Assembly: GCF_009834535.1 (NCBI RefSeq) | Contig: NC_045697.1 | Span: 28,522,001-28,586,000, forward strand | Direction of reading: 5' to 3' | Length of the DNA stretch: 64,000 bases | From: Camelus ferus | Taxonomy: Eukaryota | Shown here: piece by piece, positions 51,621 through 64,000 of the stretch | Layout: each line of letters begins with the position of its first letter | Position numbering within the stretch: position 1 is the first letter of the stretch | Position numbers and translations under genes: made by a program | The notes under the pieces: generated by a model | Database searches by the model: none | What the model was told of the DNA's origin: nothing | The model's input: only the letters and a program-made list of their open reading frames with translations

Positions 51621-54249
51621 GCCTAGGATGAGGTGTTGCAAGGAAGCCTAGTGAGAGCCTATACAGAAAGCCTTGGTACTTAGTTTTAAATGACAGAAAT
51701 TTAAGAATCTAATCATCCAGTGGGAAGAATAAGGCTTCGTCGTTTTTAAAAAACAATTCTATTTAGCAGTAAGTGTGTTTAGTCTGCATGCTGGTCTAGA
51801 CATATTAATTGCGGTAGTATTTAAGTGCTTTCCTACACTTCTCATCTGGGAAGTATGAGAACGTATCTTCCTTAATCAAATGTATAAAACTGCAGAACAT
51901 TAAGTTACCAGATGCTACTTTAAATTATTTTTTTCTTTAAAACTAACCTCCCTCCTAATGTTAACTTAATACAATTTTATGCTAATAGGTTAATAGGTTA
52001 GAGATGTGTAAGAATTCATACATCAAAACTATTTTTAAAAGGATAAAATGCAGTTGCATCAAATTCTGAGCACAGTACTTTTGTTGAGATGTTTATATGA
52101 TAAATATGTCTCCTGATACTTTGAATTACAATTTTCATTATGCCCCTGTAGAGTCTCCTGAGAGTGTCAAAGTCATGGTGCTTGCTAACTTCAGAGGATA
52201 CGGGGGGATTCTTTTGCATATGCTTTCCTAAGCCCCTGGGGAGGAGAGGGATAAAGCTGGATTGTTCACTCTGGAAAGGAGTCATTCCCTAGGAAGGTAC
52301 AGTTGAATGTTCAGCTACAGAGAGATGAAAGTGCATATGAATCTCCAGGGAGTACCAAAAAAAGGGAAGGATGTTTATCTGTTATTCACAGGGCAGTATC
52401 AGTTGGCCCTTCAGAGTTTGGTCTTCACCTTAGTGGGGAAAGTTGTAATTTTGAGCTCCTCTGAGTAATCGAGGCTGTAGAGCAGTAGAGACCAATTGGG
52501 AATTTATCTCAATAATAGCAACATCCAGGAGAGTAAGAAATTATGGTTGTACCTTGGTGTATCAGACAGAGTCTTGGCAGGAAGCAGGGGGTTAACAAGA
52601 AGAGTTTGTTGAAGAGACTGTTTACCAAAGTTAAAGGATGCTGGCAAAGGCTAACAATAGCAGGTTGCTCTTGGCAGCTCCACGCTTGAAAGGACAGAGG
52701 GACATGATTACTGGAATCTTGAAAGAGCTACAGCAGGAGCAAAGCTGCAGCTGAAGGAGAGAGCTATTGGACAGGACTGTTCTGGTAGGAAAAGGTAGCA
52801 CTGTTAACCGCACTGCCAGAGGCTCCCCTTGGCCACGTTCAACTGAAATCCAGAAGGTAAGAAAGCCCTGTAGATGTAGAGACCACATGGTAGCCCTTAC
52901 TTTCAGCATCCAGGGGCACAGGGTAGAGAGTACTGGAGAGTGGATTTGGATGAGCAAACAAAGAATATCTGGTCAATTTAATGAGGCTTATATGATTGTT
53001 GAAACTCCGTATTCTAAATGAATAATAAATAACTGACATCATTGAGGAACTGAGTAGGTAGAAGCTAGTTGTGGATTTTAGTTAGCAGGGAGTCCCATGT
53101 TGACCAGTTCACGGCCTTTGAGACAACCAAAGGAAGAGGATTTTGAAGAGTGGTTTGGGGAGGATTGGGATCTTTGCACTGGGGCCCCAGTGATTCTAGG
53201 CTCCAAAAGAGAGGACTCTGGTTTAGAGGACAGAAAGGAATTCATGAACTCAGCAAAAACAACTGGATTGATCAGCAGAGGGCAGTCTACCGGAAAAGTG
53301 GCTGCTGTCTTGAAAGTGAAGTGTGAAGGCCCAATAGCCATGTCCCAGCTGTAGCTGCACTTGTGTACTCCTTGGACAGAGCAGAGTTGTGAGGCTCTTT
53401 CCTAAAAAAAAAAAAAAAACACCACCTAAAGAACATCTGTACCTGACAGGAACAATAAGTAATTTAAGGTGAGGAAGTATAGACTGTGCTATTGAAGCAA
53501 GCTTTCCACTCCATGCTGCAGATATTCAGAAAGCCACAACTGTGGGGGTTCTGATCTATTCTCTAAATTTGGAATAATACAGTGTGCATTACAATCAATA
53601 CTGTGGTACCCACTGGCCTGGAGCTAAGTTTAGAAGTTTGACTGTGGATCTAAGCGCTGCTTTCTACTCTTGCTGCTAGAGCTCCTCACCCCAGCTGGGG
53701 TGGGTAGGGGAGAGGAGTTAACAAGATGGGAAGGGCAGAACTCAGTGAAAGAGAGGGGAAAAAAGCAAAATGACCTTAGCCTTATGACTGGGTGTTTTGA
53801 AAGGAGAGTTAAATGAGAAGCTTGGATAGAATAGGCAGTGGTGAGAGACAGAGGAAAAAAAAGTCTCAAAAAGTTGGCAAAACACAAGGTCAGGAAAGGG
53901 CTGTAGGAAAAAAAATTGTGCTGCATTTAGAAGAACAGGAAATTTGAATCTGCAGAGCAGTAACAGTAACTAGCAGGAGCAACAAAAAGGAAGACTTGCA
54001 CATTTCAAATGCTGGCGATTATTATCAGGGGTCAGCAAAGCACAATTATGCCTCGTCACGTTTCTTTTTACATGAATCAACACATCAAAACACATTGTTC
54101 TGTTAGGGACAACAGAAGAGTTACCAGATGAACTTTCCTCTGTCCATCTAAAACCAACTTTATAACCTTCACATAAATAATGTTTACTTAAATTACATAT
54201 TCTGAAAGTGGGAAACTTTTTAGATCTAAACCTCATGCCTAAGTAGTAC

Positions 54250-55570
54250 AATATACTCCAACGTATTCAGGACTCCTTTACACTCTTCAAAAATACTTAG
54301 GATTCCAAAAAACATTTGTTTATATGGGTTAAACAACACTGTATTAGAAATAAAACAGAAATTATTGAAACATTTATTAATAAATAACTATAACAAATCC
54401 ATTACATGCTTACATAAGTAGTATAACTTTAGTGAAAAATAACTACATTTTCCAAAACAAAATCTCTTTAATGCCTGGCTTAATAGAACACAGCTGGATT
54501 TTCATATATGCCTTTGCATTCAATATGTTGCATATGTTGTTTTGGCTGAAGTACATGAAGAAAATCCAGACTCATCCAGATACATAGTTGGAAAGGCAAG
54601 GAATAGTTCAATAACTTTTTCAGATAACTGTGGGTATTCTTCTTTAATACTAGAGTAAATCTAGACAAATGGTAGTTTCTCAAAGGTTGGCTACAATATG
54701 GAATCTGAAATGTTATGAATGAACTTTTTGTACTTGGTGACATTGAAATCCACTGGTCTGTCTTGAACCTGGAATGGACGTTACACCCACGCATGATTCT
54801 GTAACATCATGCATTGGTCATTTGGAAACTATTGGCTCACTAATTTATGCAGATCTTCCAAACATTGACATGCTTCATTGTACAATTTCTCACAATCATA
54901 ATAATACCACCATAATATCATCACCAATTTAATCAGAAAGGTCTTTAAGCATATTGAAAAGCCGTCAAGTCACAGTGAGAGATGTTTTCTGAAACTCTAA
55001 TTCATTCAGTTGAAAGCTTGAATTTTATCATTTTCAACAAATTGTAACAGTTGTTTTCCTTGAAGTGATAGGCTTAACCTTGTTCATTTTTGATAAAATG
55101 TGTGCCAAATACTCAACTCTTAATAGTTTGTCTTAATCATTATTTCAAGTAAAAATGGTGTTCTATGGAAAAAGTGGCTAAGTTCAGTTTGTAACTCAAC
55201 CATTTGCACAAGAGCTTTACCATGAACTTGGGATGCAGCAGAAGTGCTTAGCCTTTCCATGCATTATACAGAATATTAAGATATGTACTAGAAAGTTGAG
55301 GTTTAATAAAAGTAATCATTTCTACTGCTTCATCAAAATCATTCTAAAGTGAAACTGGCATTTTTAAACAGTGTGTGGCGTTAATAAACTTATTACCAGT
55401 GAAGTAAAATTTTTTGCCTGCTATTGCTTTTACGTCAACAGTGCATAAGTTAACAAAGTAAAAAGGCAAATAATGTCTTAGGTTTATTATGATAAGTTTG
55501 GGAATTGCAGACTGATCCCTGAAAAACATCTCAGGGACCCCCAGGTGTTTGTAGACTATACTTTGAGATG
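54250..55570 (-). mobile_element. Charlie1-family hAT DNA transposon (non-autonomous)
   Basis: Reverse complement of the right end resembles the Charlie1 5' end (tctcaaagt...cctgggggtccc...cataataa..taagac.ttatttgcctttt). Confidence 0.8.
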
Positions 55571-57364
55571 AGTATTCCTTATCCTTGCTGGAATATAAAT
55601 CTGACAATTCCAGAGTTGGTTTTTTGGGGGGAAGGGTTCTCCTTCACTGATATGCCTCTAGGGCTTAGATCATGCCTAGCACATAGTAGGCACTCAATAA
55701 ATATATGCTTAATTATTTAATGAAATAATCAGAACTAGATCGTAATAGTAAAGATCTTATAATCTGCATTACTGGAAACCCATTTTTAAAAATTTAGTTT
55801 TGAACAGGTAAAATATACAATAGGATACATGCTGAAAAGTCTCCCACTTTGCTTTCCCCAAGGCCCTTAAGTTGCTTTCTCAGAGGTAACTCTTCTGTCA
55901 GTTTCTTAGGTATTTTTCCAGTGATATTTTATGAATTCAGCATATATACCAGCATATTCCCTTCTTCCCTCACACATGGCGGTATACTATACGCTATGTG
56001 GACTGAACAGTGATTTTTTTAAAGTAAACTTTTTCTTTTGGAATAATTTTAGATTTACAGAAAAGTTTCAGAGATTCTTATATACTCGTTACTCATTTCT
56101 ATTAATGTCAGCATCTTACATAACCATAGCACCATGTCAAAACTAAGAAATTAACCTTGCTACAATACCATTAACTGAATTACAGCATTTACTCCGATTT
56201 CACTAATTATGTCCTGTTGGTTCTAGGGTTCAATCCAGGATACCACATTGCTTTTAGCATAGTGCTCTTTTCCCCTTAAAATGTATTTTCAGGATTTTCT
56301 CCTATGAGTTATGAGTTAATATACAGTTGCCTCATTCTCTGGAAGGAATGTAAAAATGGACTGAAAGTGGAATTTCAAGGCTAATTATTATGCGCAGTTA
56401 AAAAACCAAACCTCTCTCCAACAAAGAAATCAGCATACCCTCCTAACTAGTTTCCCTCTGATTTGGGTGTTGTACATTTCTTTGAAATTCCAAGATTAAT
56501 ATTGGGGACTGAATGAAGGTGATAAATATAAAGTACTCAAAAATTTTTTCACACTTCAAAATAATTATTTTTAATTTATTGGCACCAAAACACATAGCAT
56601 TGCATGGTTTATAAATTATATCAGTAATTCGTGGGCCATGACCCACATGTATAGTTGGTTCCTCTTAGGACCAGTAGGGGGCTCTGCTGGAAGTGTTTTA
56701 TAGTTTGTTAGTCCATTTTGGGAAACGTTTCAAGATCATGGTTCAGAATTCTAAACTCTTAAATCTTGAAATAGATCATCTCATCTAGCTTTCTTATTTT
56801 GCAGAAGAGGAAACCAAGGTTGGCGAAGAGAGCTGGTATAGAGGAAAGCTGGAATTAAAATCCCCCTCTTGGTTCTGGGACATGAGTTCAATAAACTCTT
56901 TTTTGCCATGTACCTCCACTGAATGACTCACTCCCAGTATCTTATTTTCTTTTTTGCTACCACAATTTTAGTAGTTTTCACGAAGGTGATGTATTTATGA
57001 TATTTTTCTGATAGGATACTCCACTAATTGGTTAAGTGAAAGAAGTGCATGAAATATAAACTTCTAAACAAACATTATTACCTATTATAAAATGTTTTCT
57101 ATTCAAAGCACCTCTCAGCATCAAAACCATATTACTTACTGTACACCTAGCAGCCACTTTCAAATTGCCTTTCAAATTTACTTTCCACTTACAACATTTT
57201 ACTCTTATCTTTACTCATTTATTCATTCAATATTTATTGAGTGCCTAGTGGAACCACTGTTGTAGGCCCTAAGCTTACAGAAGTAAAGCTGCCCTTCCTC
57301 CCCAAGACGCATTTATTTCTCCATTTTTCACTTTAATATATAAACTATTTCACATGCCTTAGTT

Positions 57365-57539
57365 CAGTGGTTCTCATAGAGTGGTCCCTGAACTAGTAGC
57401 AGGAGCAGCAGCATCTGGGAACTTGTTAAAATTGCAAATTATTAGGCCCACCAGACACTTTAGGGATGGTGTCAGAAATCTTTTTTTTTTTTTAATAAGC
57501 TCTCCAGCAATTCTGATGTACCCTTAAGTTTAAAAACTG
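57365..57539. mobile_element. MER5A hAT MITE
   Basis: cagtggttctca...gcagcatctgggaacttgttaaaattgcaaatt. Confidence 0.85.
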
Positions 57540-57749
57540 GCCTTATTTCCAGGACTTGGCATTATCTAAAAAGGTCAAAGATCAACATCTGGCTTCTACA
57601 CCCATCTCAGGCACATCCATGGAGTACCTGATAAGATCCAACAATGACCATATTTAATTTAAGGATTTGTAGTACCTGGAATGATCCTGGAATGATCGTA
57701 GTAACAGTAGGACTATAATAGTTTCAGAACAAAAACGAACCACAGTGTA

Positions 57750-58920
57750 TTTTCCGGCCTACACCAATAGAAAATGGGCCGGAATGAGTTCCGGGACAGT
57801 GTTTTCAGACACTAGACACAGCCGGGCACACTAAGCCGGTGGGTTCTGGGTCTCGCTGAGTCAGGGCGGCGCTCCAAGCCTAATAGAGCCGCGTGATCCC
57901 GGCAGGTTAGACTCGAACCTTCGGTTAGAGGCTAAGGTCTGAGAGCCTCGACCATAACACATGGGTTCGAAGACTGGCGGAGGCACCCGAGGGGACCCGG
58001 AGGGCCCTGCCAGCGCCGGCCAGCGGCAGCCAGCGCGGAAGCCGCACCCTCCTGGCCCCAGACGCCGGCAGGGCGGAGCCACGCGGCCGCAGCTCCGGCA
58101 GAGACGCGCGGCGCGGGTTCGCGGCTGAGGCGTATGGGACTACAACGGGAGCGGCTGCGCCGCCCGGCCGGGTCAGCGTCGTGCGCATGCGCGGACCCGG
58201 CGCCATTTTGGTGGCCGGGCGCGGAGGTGATTCTACACTGAAGAGAGCGCAGCGGCCGGGCTGGCAGTGGCAGCGTTCGTGTGCTCGGGTGTGAATCGCC
58301 GAGGGAGGAGGTGGTGGAGGAAGAGGTGGCGGCGGCGGTGGTGGTCGTAGCGGTGGCGGAGGAGGCGGGTACGAATCAGCTGCGGGCGGAGACATGGCCA
58401 ACATCGCGGTGCAGCGAATCAAGCGGGAGTTCAAGGAGGTGCTGAAGAGCGAGGAGGTCAGAAATGAACTCCCGGACGTCCCCCACCTCAGCCCATGGCG
58501 GGAGGGCCCTTCCAGTGGCGACCCCAAAATCCCTAGTAACCCCCAGGTGGCCCTCTTTGCGGCCGCCCTTCTGCCTGTGGGGAAGCAGCAGTCTCCCCCT
58601 CCTTCCGCCGCCTTCCCCTCCCCTCCCGGGGCCCTGGGATGGACGGTCTCGCGGGCGGGTGGTCTGGAGAGGAACACGGTTTGGGGGCAGATGGAGAAGG
58701 GGGCACTTACCGGCGGGGTGTGAGCTCTAGAGAGAGCCCCGAGGCAGTGGCAACAGCTGGAAGTGTAGCTGCAGGGTGGGGAGGGAGCAGGCCGAGCCTA
58801 AGAAAACCCGGGAAGTGGGTTGGGGGAAGGGGAAAGGTGGTAACTGGATCCGGAGAGCCGCGCTGCTGAAAGGCCCTCACTTTTAAGGGTATTCTGGGTT
58901 ATTGCCTGTGTGGCCGCCAC
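57750..58920 (+). promoter_or_regulatory. UBE2K: UBE2K CpG-island promoter and 5'UTR
   Basis: CpG island; ggactaca motif at 58137, NRF1 palindrome tgcgcatgcgc at 58182-58192, YY1 cgccatttt at 58201-58209. Confidence 0.9.
58394..58456 (+). CDS. UBE2K: Ubiquitin-conjugating enzyme E2 K (E2-25K/HIP2), coding exon 1 (21 codons); intron 1 runs past the end of the window
   Basis: MANIAVQRIKREFKEVLKSEE is the UBE2K N-terminus; strong Kozak context gacATGG; phase-0 donor GAG|GTCAGA at 58457. Confidence 0.97.
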
Positions 58921-61900
58921 TGTCCTTTCCTTAGGAATGGAGCGATGAGAGTCCTTAGATATTGATTAAAGAAGGACGTTCAGAGTTACTCCCTCTTAGT
59001 TGTGTGCTGGGAGAGAAGAGAAGACATAATGGGGTACTATCTTATTTGAGTGGGGATAAGGGACTTTTCACCTGGGAAGGAAATTAATACCATATTAAAC
59101 CATTATCTCATTTCCACTTACCCCCAAATCCTAGGCCCCTTTTCTATTGACATCTAAAGCTTTTGACTGGGTTAAAGGCAAGTTGTTTGGTGTATTAAGG
59201 ACATTTAAATATTTTTAGCTAGGATTAGGAAAAAGCGTGGAATTTATAAGTAGCTGATTTCGAAATGTTGTTTACAGGTTACAGATCACAGAGTCTGTCC
59301 TAAGACAATGCCTCTGTGACACTGTTGTGTTGTGCCATGAAACTTCATTATGATGTCCCTCATAGTTAACCTGATTCTTACTTTTGAAAAACAGCCCTAT
59401 TAAAAAACATGGGATTTCAAATAATACATTGTTATATCTTCTTATTGAGTAGATTTATTTCTACACATCATATCTGAAATGATTAAAAAATTTTTTGTCT
59501 CAAGCTGCTCTTGAGTCCTGTAGAAATTTTAAATACTCTAGTGTTGGCCGTAGTTATTAAGATATTTTAAATGTTTTTGTAATTTGACTCAAAATTATGA
59601 AAGTATCTACAATTTTTCTTACCCCAGTCAACAAGAATGCCAGGTTGTTTTTCCTCCTTGGATTTAACAAAGGAAAAATTAAAAAGTAATACTGAAATAG
59701 TGATTTTTCAAGATGTCATATGCCATTATTGAATGTATCATTGCTGTTTGTATTTTTGTCTTACATTGGTACTCTGATGATCTCGATGATTTGTGAAATT
59801 CAGCATTCTAAGTTTGTGATGAGTTATTGACATAAGTCTGATAGCACTTGAACTTTAATTTGTGCGGCTATAAGTCTAAAGTGATTATGTATGTATCTAA
59901 TTAGACATGGAGGAAATTCTTTAAAATTATTTTAACATGCCAAATACTAGCAGATTTTTTGTATGTAATAGTATGTAAGGATCGGTTTTACAGAGCATGT
60001 GTATGAACTCTGACCTCTGTATTTGTTCAAGTGCCAAAACTCTGAATGGAGGGATGACTTAGTATTTTTATGGTACAGTGCAGAGAGTCATAAATGCCGA
60101 TACTGGTTTACAGTGAAACAGTGATTATGGATCTTTATTTAGTAAGAAAATATGTTCCAGTATAGTTGATATACATATTCCTGATGAAAGATTGAAGCTA
60201 ATATTGTTGTTGCCAGTAGCCTAATGTGCAAGTCTGAAACTTAATAAGACTTCAGTGCTCTATTTTCTATTACTTAAAAGTGGTAAGTTACTGCTTTCAT
60301 AGTTCATGTGGTCTTTTTGCATTATGTGAGGTGACTTTTCACCATGATATTGTTAGTACTTAAATTGAAGCTGAAAAGAAATCTTGTATTGCTTTAGTAA
60401 TGCATATTGTTAAAATAATACAGCTTTTTATTTGTAAGGAATAATGAAGCCTTACTTCAAGTAAGTGTCATAGTGTTTCAGAGGAGAAAAACAGGAAATA
60501 CAAATTTTTTTTTTAAGAGCAGTACCTTTATAAATCTGGAAGGAAACTTCTTCCAGAAAGTCTGTTGCAAAGAAAATTTAGGAATGGGTCAGATTGTTTA
60601 ATATTGCCATATAACCAGTAAATAGCTTTATTTTCACCAATTTTATTTTGATATTTTAGTAGGTCTAGTTCTGTAAGTGGATTGTTATTTTCAACTCATT
60701 GAAGGACTTGTGGTACAGTCCATGTGTTTCCTTTTTAAGTATGTAAATACAGTATTTGAGTGGCTGGCCAAGTAATCAAATATTTCATCATGTCACTTGT
60801 GTAAATCTCCATTTTACCGAAATTTATTTCATATGCTTGTGTTTAGTAAGAATACAGTTTTTTTTTAAGGATTTTTTTTTCTCCTTTTAAGTGCCTTTGT
60901 AAAGATAGCTGACATTTGCAGAATTCTGGCCATAAGAAGTTTTAAGAGGCTGTTTTTGGAGTGTGTTGTTAATTAAGATACAGCCTTCAAGATAAATGTG
61001 AAAATCGTGGTGCAAAATAGTGGGAGGAGGCCACCGTTTGTGTCAAAAGTGGGGAAATACATGTATATTTGTCTGTATAGGTGAAAGGATTAATGAGAAA
61101 TTGGTAACATTGATTGCTCCTGTGCTGGAGGAATTGTGTGTCTAGGGCAACAGGCATCAAAAGATCCCTTTTGAATTTTGAGTCATGAGAATATGTTATT
61201 TACTCAATATAAATAAACCTTGTAGGTCTTTTTTCCCTGAAACTGTGTTTGGAAATCTGTCCTGTATCTGTCAGATACTAATTTATTTAAATCTGTGAAT
61301 TTTAAGTAATGTTTCATAGTTGCTAGGAATGGAAAATTGATATAAGGTACTTTTTATAGTTATTTTATGAGTTGAATTACATGTGTGAATTTTTGCTTAT
61401 AAGGATAGAATAAAACTAATATGTATTCACAGATTGTATTAATACTTACTATTAATTATTGGGATTAATAACTAACCACCATTTGTAGAGTAGCTCTCAG
61501 TACCATTTGTTTATATACATTTATTGCTAATTCTCAAGAACAGATCTTTGAATTAGATTTATTTCTTAGACGAGAAAATTGAGACTCAGAGAAGTTTAAT
61601 TATTTGTCTGCAAACATACAGCTTTGGGATTTAGATCTAAGTCTGATTGTGTTTTAATTGTACCATCCTGTCTTGACTTGCCAACGACAGGCATACTTTT
61701 AATCATTTAAAAATAATTAAACCTGGTTTATATTACTGACTAAAGGATTTAAACACAATGTAATTTATTTATTAATTTAAACAGTGAAATAGTGTTACCT
61801 GTAATTAACTTAAAGGTTTGCTTGCATTTCAATATGCAAAGTATTTTAAAATTTGAAGCTCAGTGAAGTAAAATGCCCTTAAATCAGTGCACATACTCTT

Positions 61901-61992
61901 GCTTGTTCTTTTGCTATGTAGTACCTGTAGTTTTTTTCTTATTATAGTTGCAATTTGCTAACATTTTCTGGGAGTTTCATAGGGAATATTTA

Positions 61993-62413
61993 TTTACTTG
62001 TTTATTTAATTTTTTCATTGAAGAGTAGTCGATTTGTAATGTTGTGTTAGTTTCTGGTATACAACATAGTGATTCAGTTATATATATTTTTTTATATTCT
62101 TTTTTATTATAAGTTATTAGAAGATATTAAATATAGTTCCCTGTGCTATACAGTAGAACCTTGTTGTTTATTTTATATATAGTAATTCCCAATTTATCCT
62201 TCCCCCTTATCCCCCCATAACCATAAATTTGTTTTTTGTCTGTCTGTTTCTGTTTCATATGTTTGTGTCATTTTCTTACATTCCACATACAAGTGGTATC
62301 ATATGGTATTTGTCTTTCTCTATCTGACTTATTGCTTCATTTAGTATGGTAATCTGTAGGTCAATCTATGTTACTACAAATGGCATTATTTTATTTTTTT
62401 TGGCTGAGTAGTA

Positions 62414-62467
<54 letters not shown>

Positions 62468-62611
62468 ATACACACACCAGAAATTCTTTATCCAGTCATC
62501 TATTGATGAACATTTAGGTTGCTTCCATGTCTTGGCTATTGTAAATAGTGCTGCTATAAACATTGGGGTGCATATATCTTTTTGAATTAGTTACCTCTAG
62601 ATGTGTGTCAG
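61993..62611 (-). mobile_element. L1 3' fragment in UBE2K intron 1
   Basis: Antisense [17 protein letters not shown]; 12-bp TSD agggaatattta at 61981-61992 and 62612-62623. Confidence 0.92.
62418..62465. repeat. (GT)24 microsatellite
   Basis: Perfect dinucleotide run. Confidence 0.98.
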
Positions 62612-62825
62612 AGGGAATATTTAAATCTATGGCATTAACAAATTGGTTTCATGAAAACTGTTGTATAAAGTTTTCCTTAAGTATTTAAATGGATCTGTTA
62701 AATGGAAAATAGATTGTTATCTGTTGTCATTTTAAATTTTATATATTTGATCTAACTTGATCTAGATTAGTCTATGCAGAACTAGTTGCCCAACTTTAAA
62801 AGAAAGTCTCTTAATTTCTGTAGAC

Positions 62826-63040
62826 CATGGTTTCTCAACTTTGACACTATTGCCATTTAGGGCAGGTAATGAATTCTTTGTTGCCGGTGATTCTCCTGTG
62901 CTTTGAAGGATGTTTAGCAGACTTAGAGCACTAGATGTCAGTAGCACTGTCAGTCCTTCCCCCTCACCTCCCTATCCTCTCCCTGCCAGTTGTATTAACC
63001 AGAAATGTCTCCAGCCTTTGCTAAATGTTGAGAATCTGCC
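62826..63040 (+). mobile_element. MER20 hAT MITE
   Basis: tttctcaactttgacactattg...ggatgtttagcag...aaatgtctccag. Confidence 0.85.
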
Positions 63041-64000
63041 ATAGACAAAAGTCTTTAGAAAAACATTTAAGACTGTTAACTATGTAAGATGTGTAGTATA
63101 ATTTATCTAAAAGATGAATGGAAAGTAAAGGTACAAAAATTATATAGCATGATTACTCCTAGCTTTGAATGTTCTGTTTTTATTTTTAAGACTTTAAGTT
63201 TGTTTGACTCTTACCAATGAATTATCACTTTCTTTTAAACTTTTTCCTTTCTGATTTAAAGGAAAAGGTGTATTTTCTGCTATAAACTAATGTAATTGGA
63301 ATTTGGACAATTTTTTAAGAGTGGAAAAGTGGTTTGTTTTTACAGCTATGTAAGTTATAGTTCAGTGTAACTTATTTAAATAGTGTGCCTTATGGGGTTT
63401 TGGGTGTAGGTTGAGCAAGGAAAGCTTTATAGACTGGGTTAAAAAATCAAAGCCTGTCCAAGTAAGACTATTTGGGGTGCGTTTCTTGTTTCTTGAGAAA
63501 AATTATAAAGACTTTGATCGCTGTCCATCAGGCATAGATATATATGCATCTGGGGTCCCTTAGCTTGTCACCCCTTTGTAAAGAATAAATGTTCTTATTT
63601 CTCAGTAAATATACATTATCTTCATTACTGAGCATATTGACAATAGCCCTAAAAGACTTACCTGTTTGGAAATAAATAAAAATGCTAGATGCAGAGAATC
63701 AATGCTTTGTCAATGCTAAGGGTATGTATTTGTAGGGAAGTTCTTGAACTAGGTTCCAAAAGAAAGTTAAGACTGATCTCAGATTTCAGGAGACAATCCT
63801 AAAGGAATTATAGGAATACTGTAATTTATAAGTAAATGATCTCTTTTCTAGGACCTAAATTGAAACCAGGGAGCAGGGGTAATTGGCAATATTAGGCAAG
63901 AAACACATTTATATATTTAGAACAGAAAGCTGTAATATACACAAACATAGTTGTGGATTTAGAACACCTAAGGTATCTTTGAGGAAGGAAAAAACCTTTT

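Noticed and set aside
57675..57697. 11-bp tandem duplication cctggaatgat x2
   Set aside because: Ordinary slippage duplication
57925..58677. 250-aa antisense ORF with poly-Pro
   Set aside because: Mirror of the GGN-rich UBE2K leader in a stop-poor CpG island; no recognisable domain
58394..58723. 109-aa ORF as a complete gene
   Set aside because: Only the first 21 codons match UBE2K; the rest is intron 1
1..64000. CRISPR arrays, operons, rRNA or other prokaryotic systems
   Set aside because: The sequence is mammalian; no repeat-spacer periodicity or dense coding was seen

Overview
Mammalian genomic DNA, very likely camelid (Vic-1-type tRNA-derived SINEs). Two CpG-island promoters face away from each other. 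One has a minus-strand non-coding first exon at ~6.0-6.3 kb (probably SMIM14, inferred from synteny); the other has plus-strand coding exon 1 of UBE2K at 58394-58456. The interval between them is mostly transposable elements (L1, L2, CR1/L3, MIR, MaLR/ERVL/ERV1, hAT). The main unexpected signal is in the non-repeat gaps between ~19.4 and ~32.2 kb. On the minus strand these gaps translate, in colinear order, into a near-full-length but heavily decayed SLC9C-like sperm Na+/H+ exchanger (CPA1 transporter domain, helical domain, voltage sensor, cyclic-nucleotide-binding domain). It looks essentially intronless and is broken by about ten TE insertions. All protein comparisons were made by eye against SLC9C1 as recalled from memory; no database search was run.
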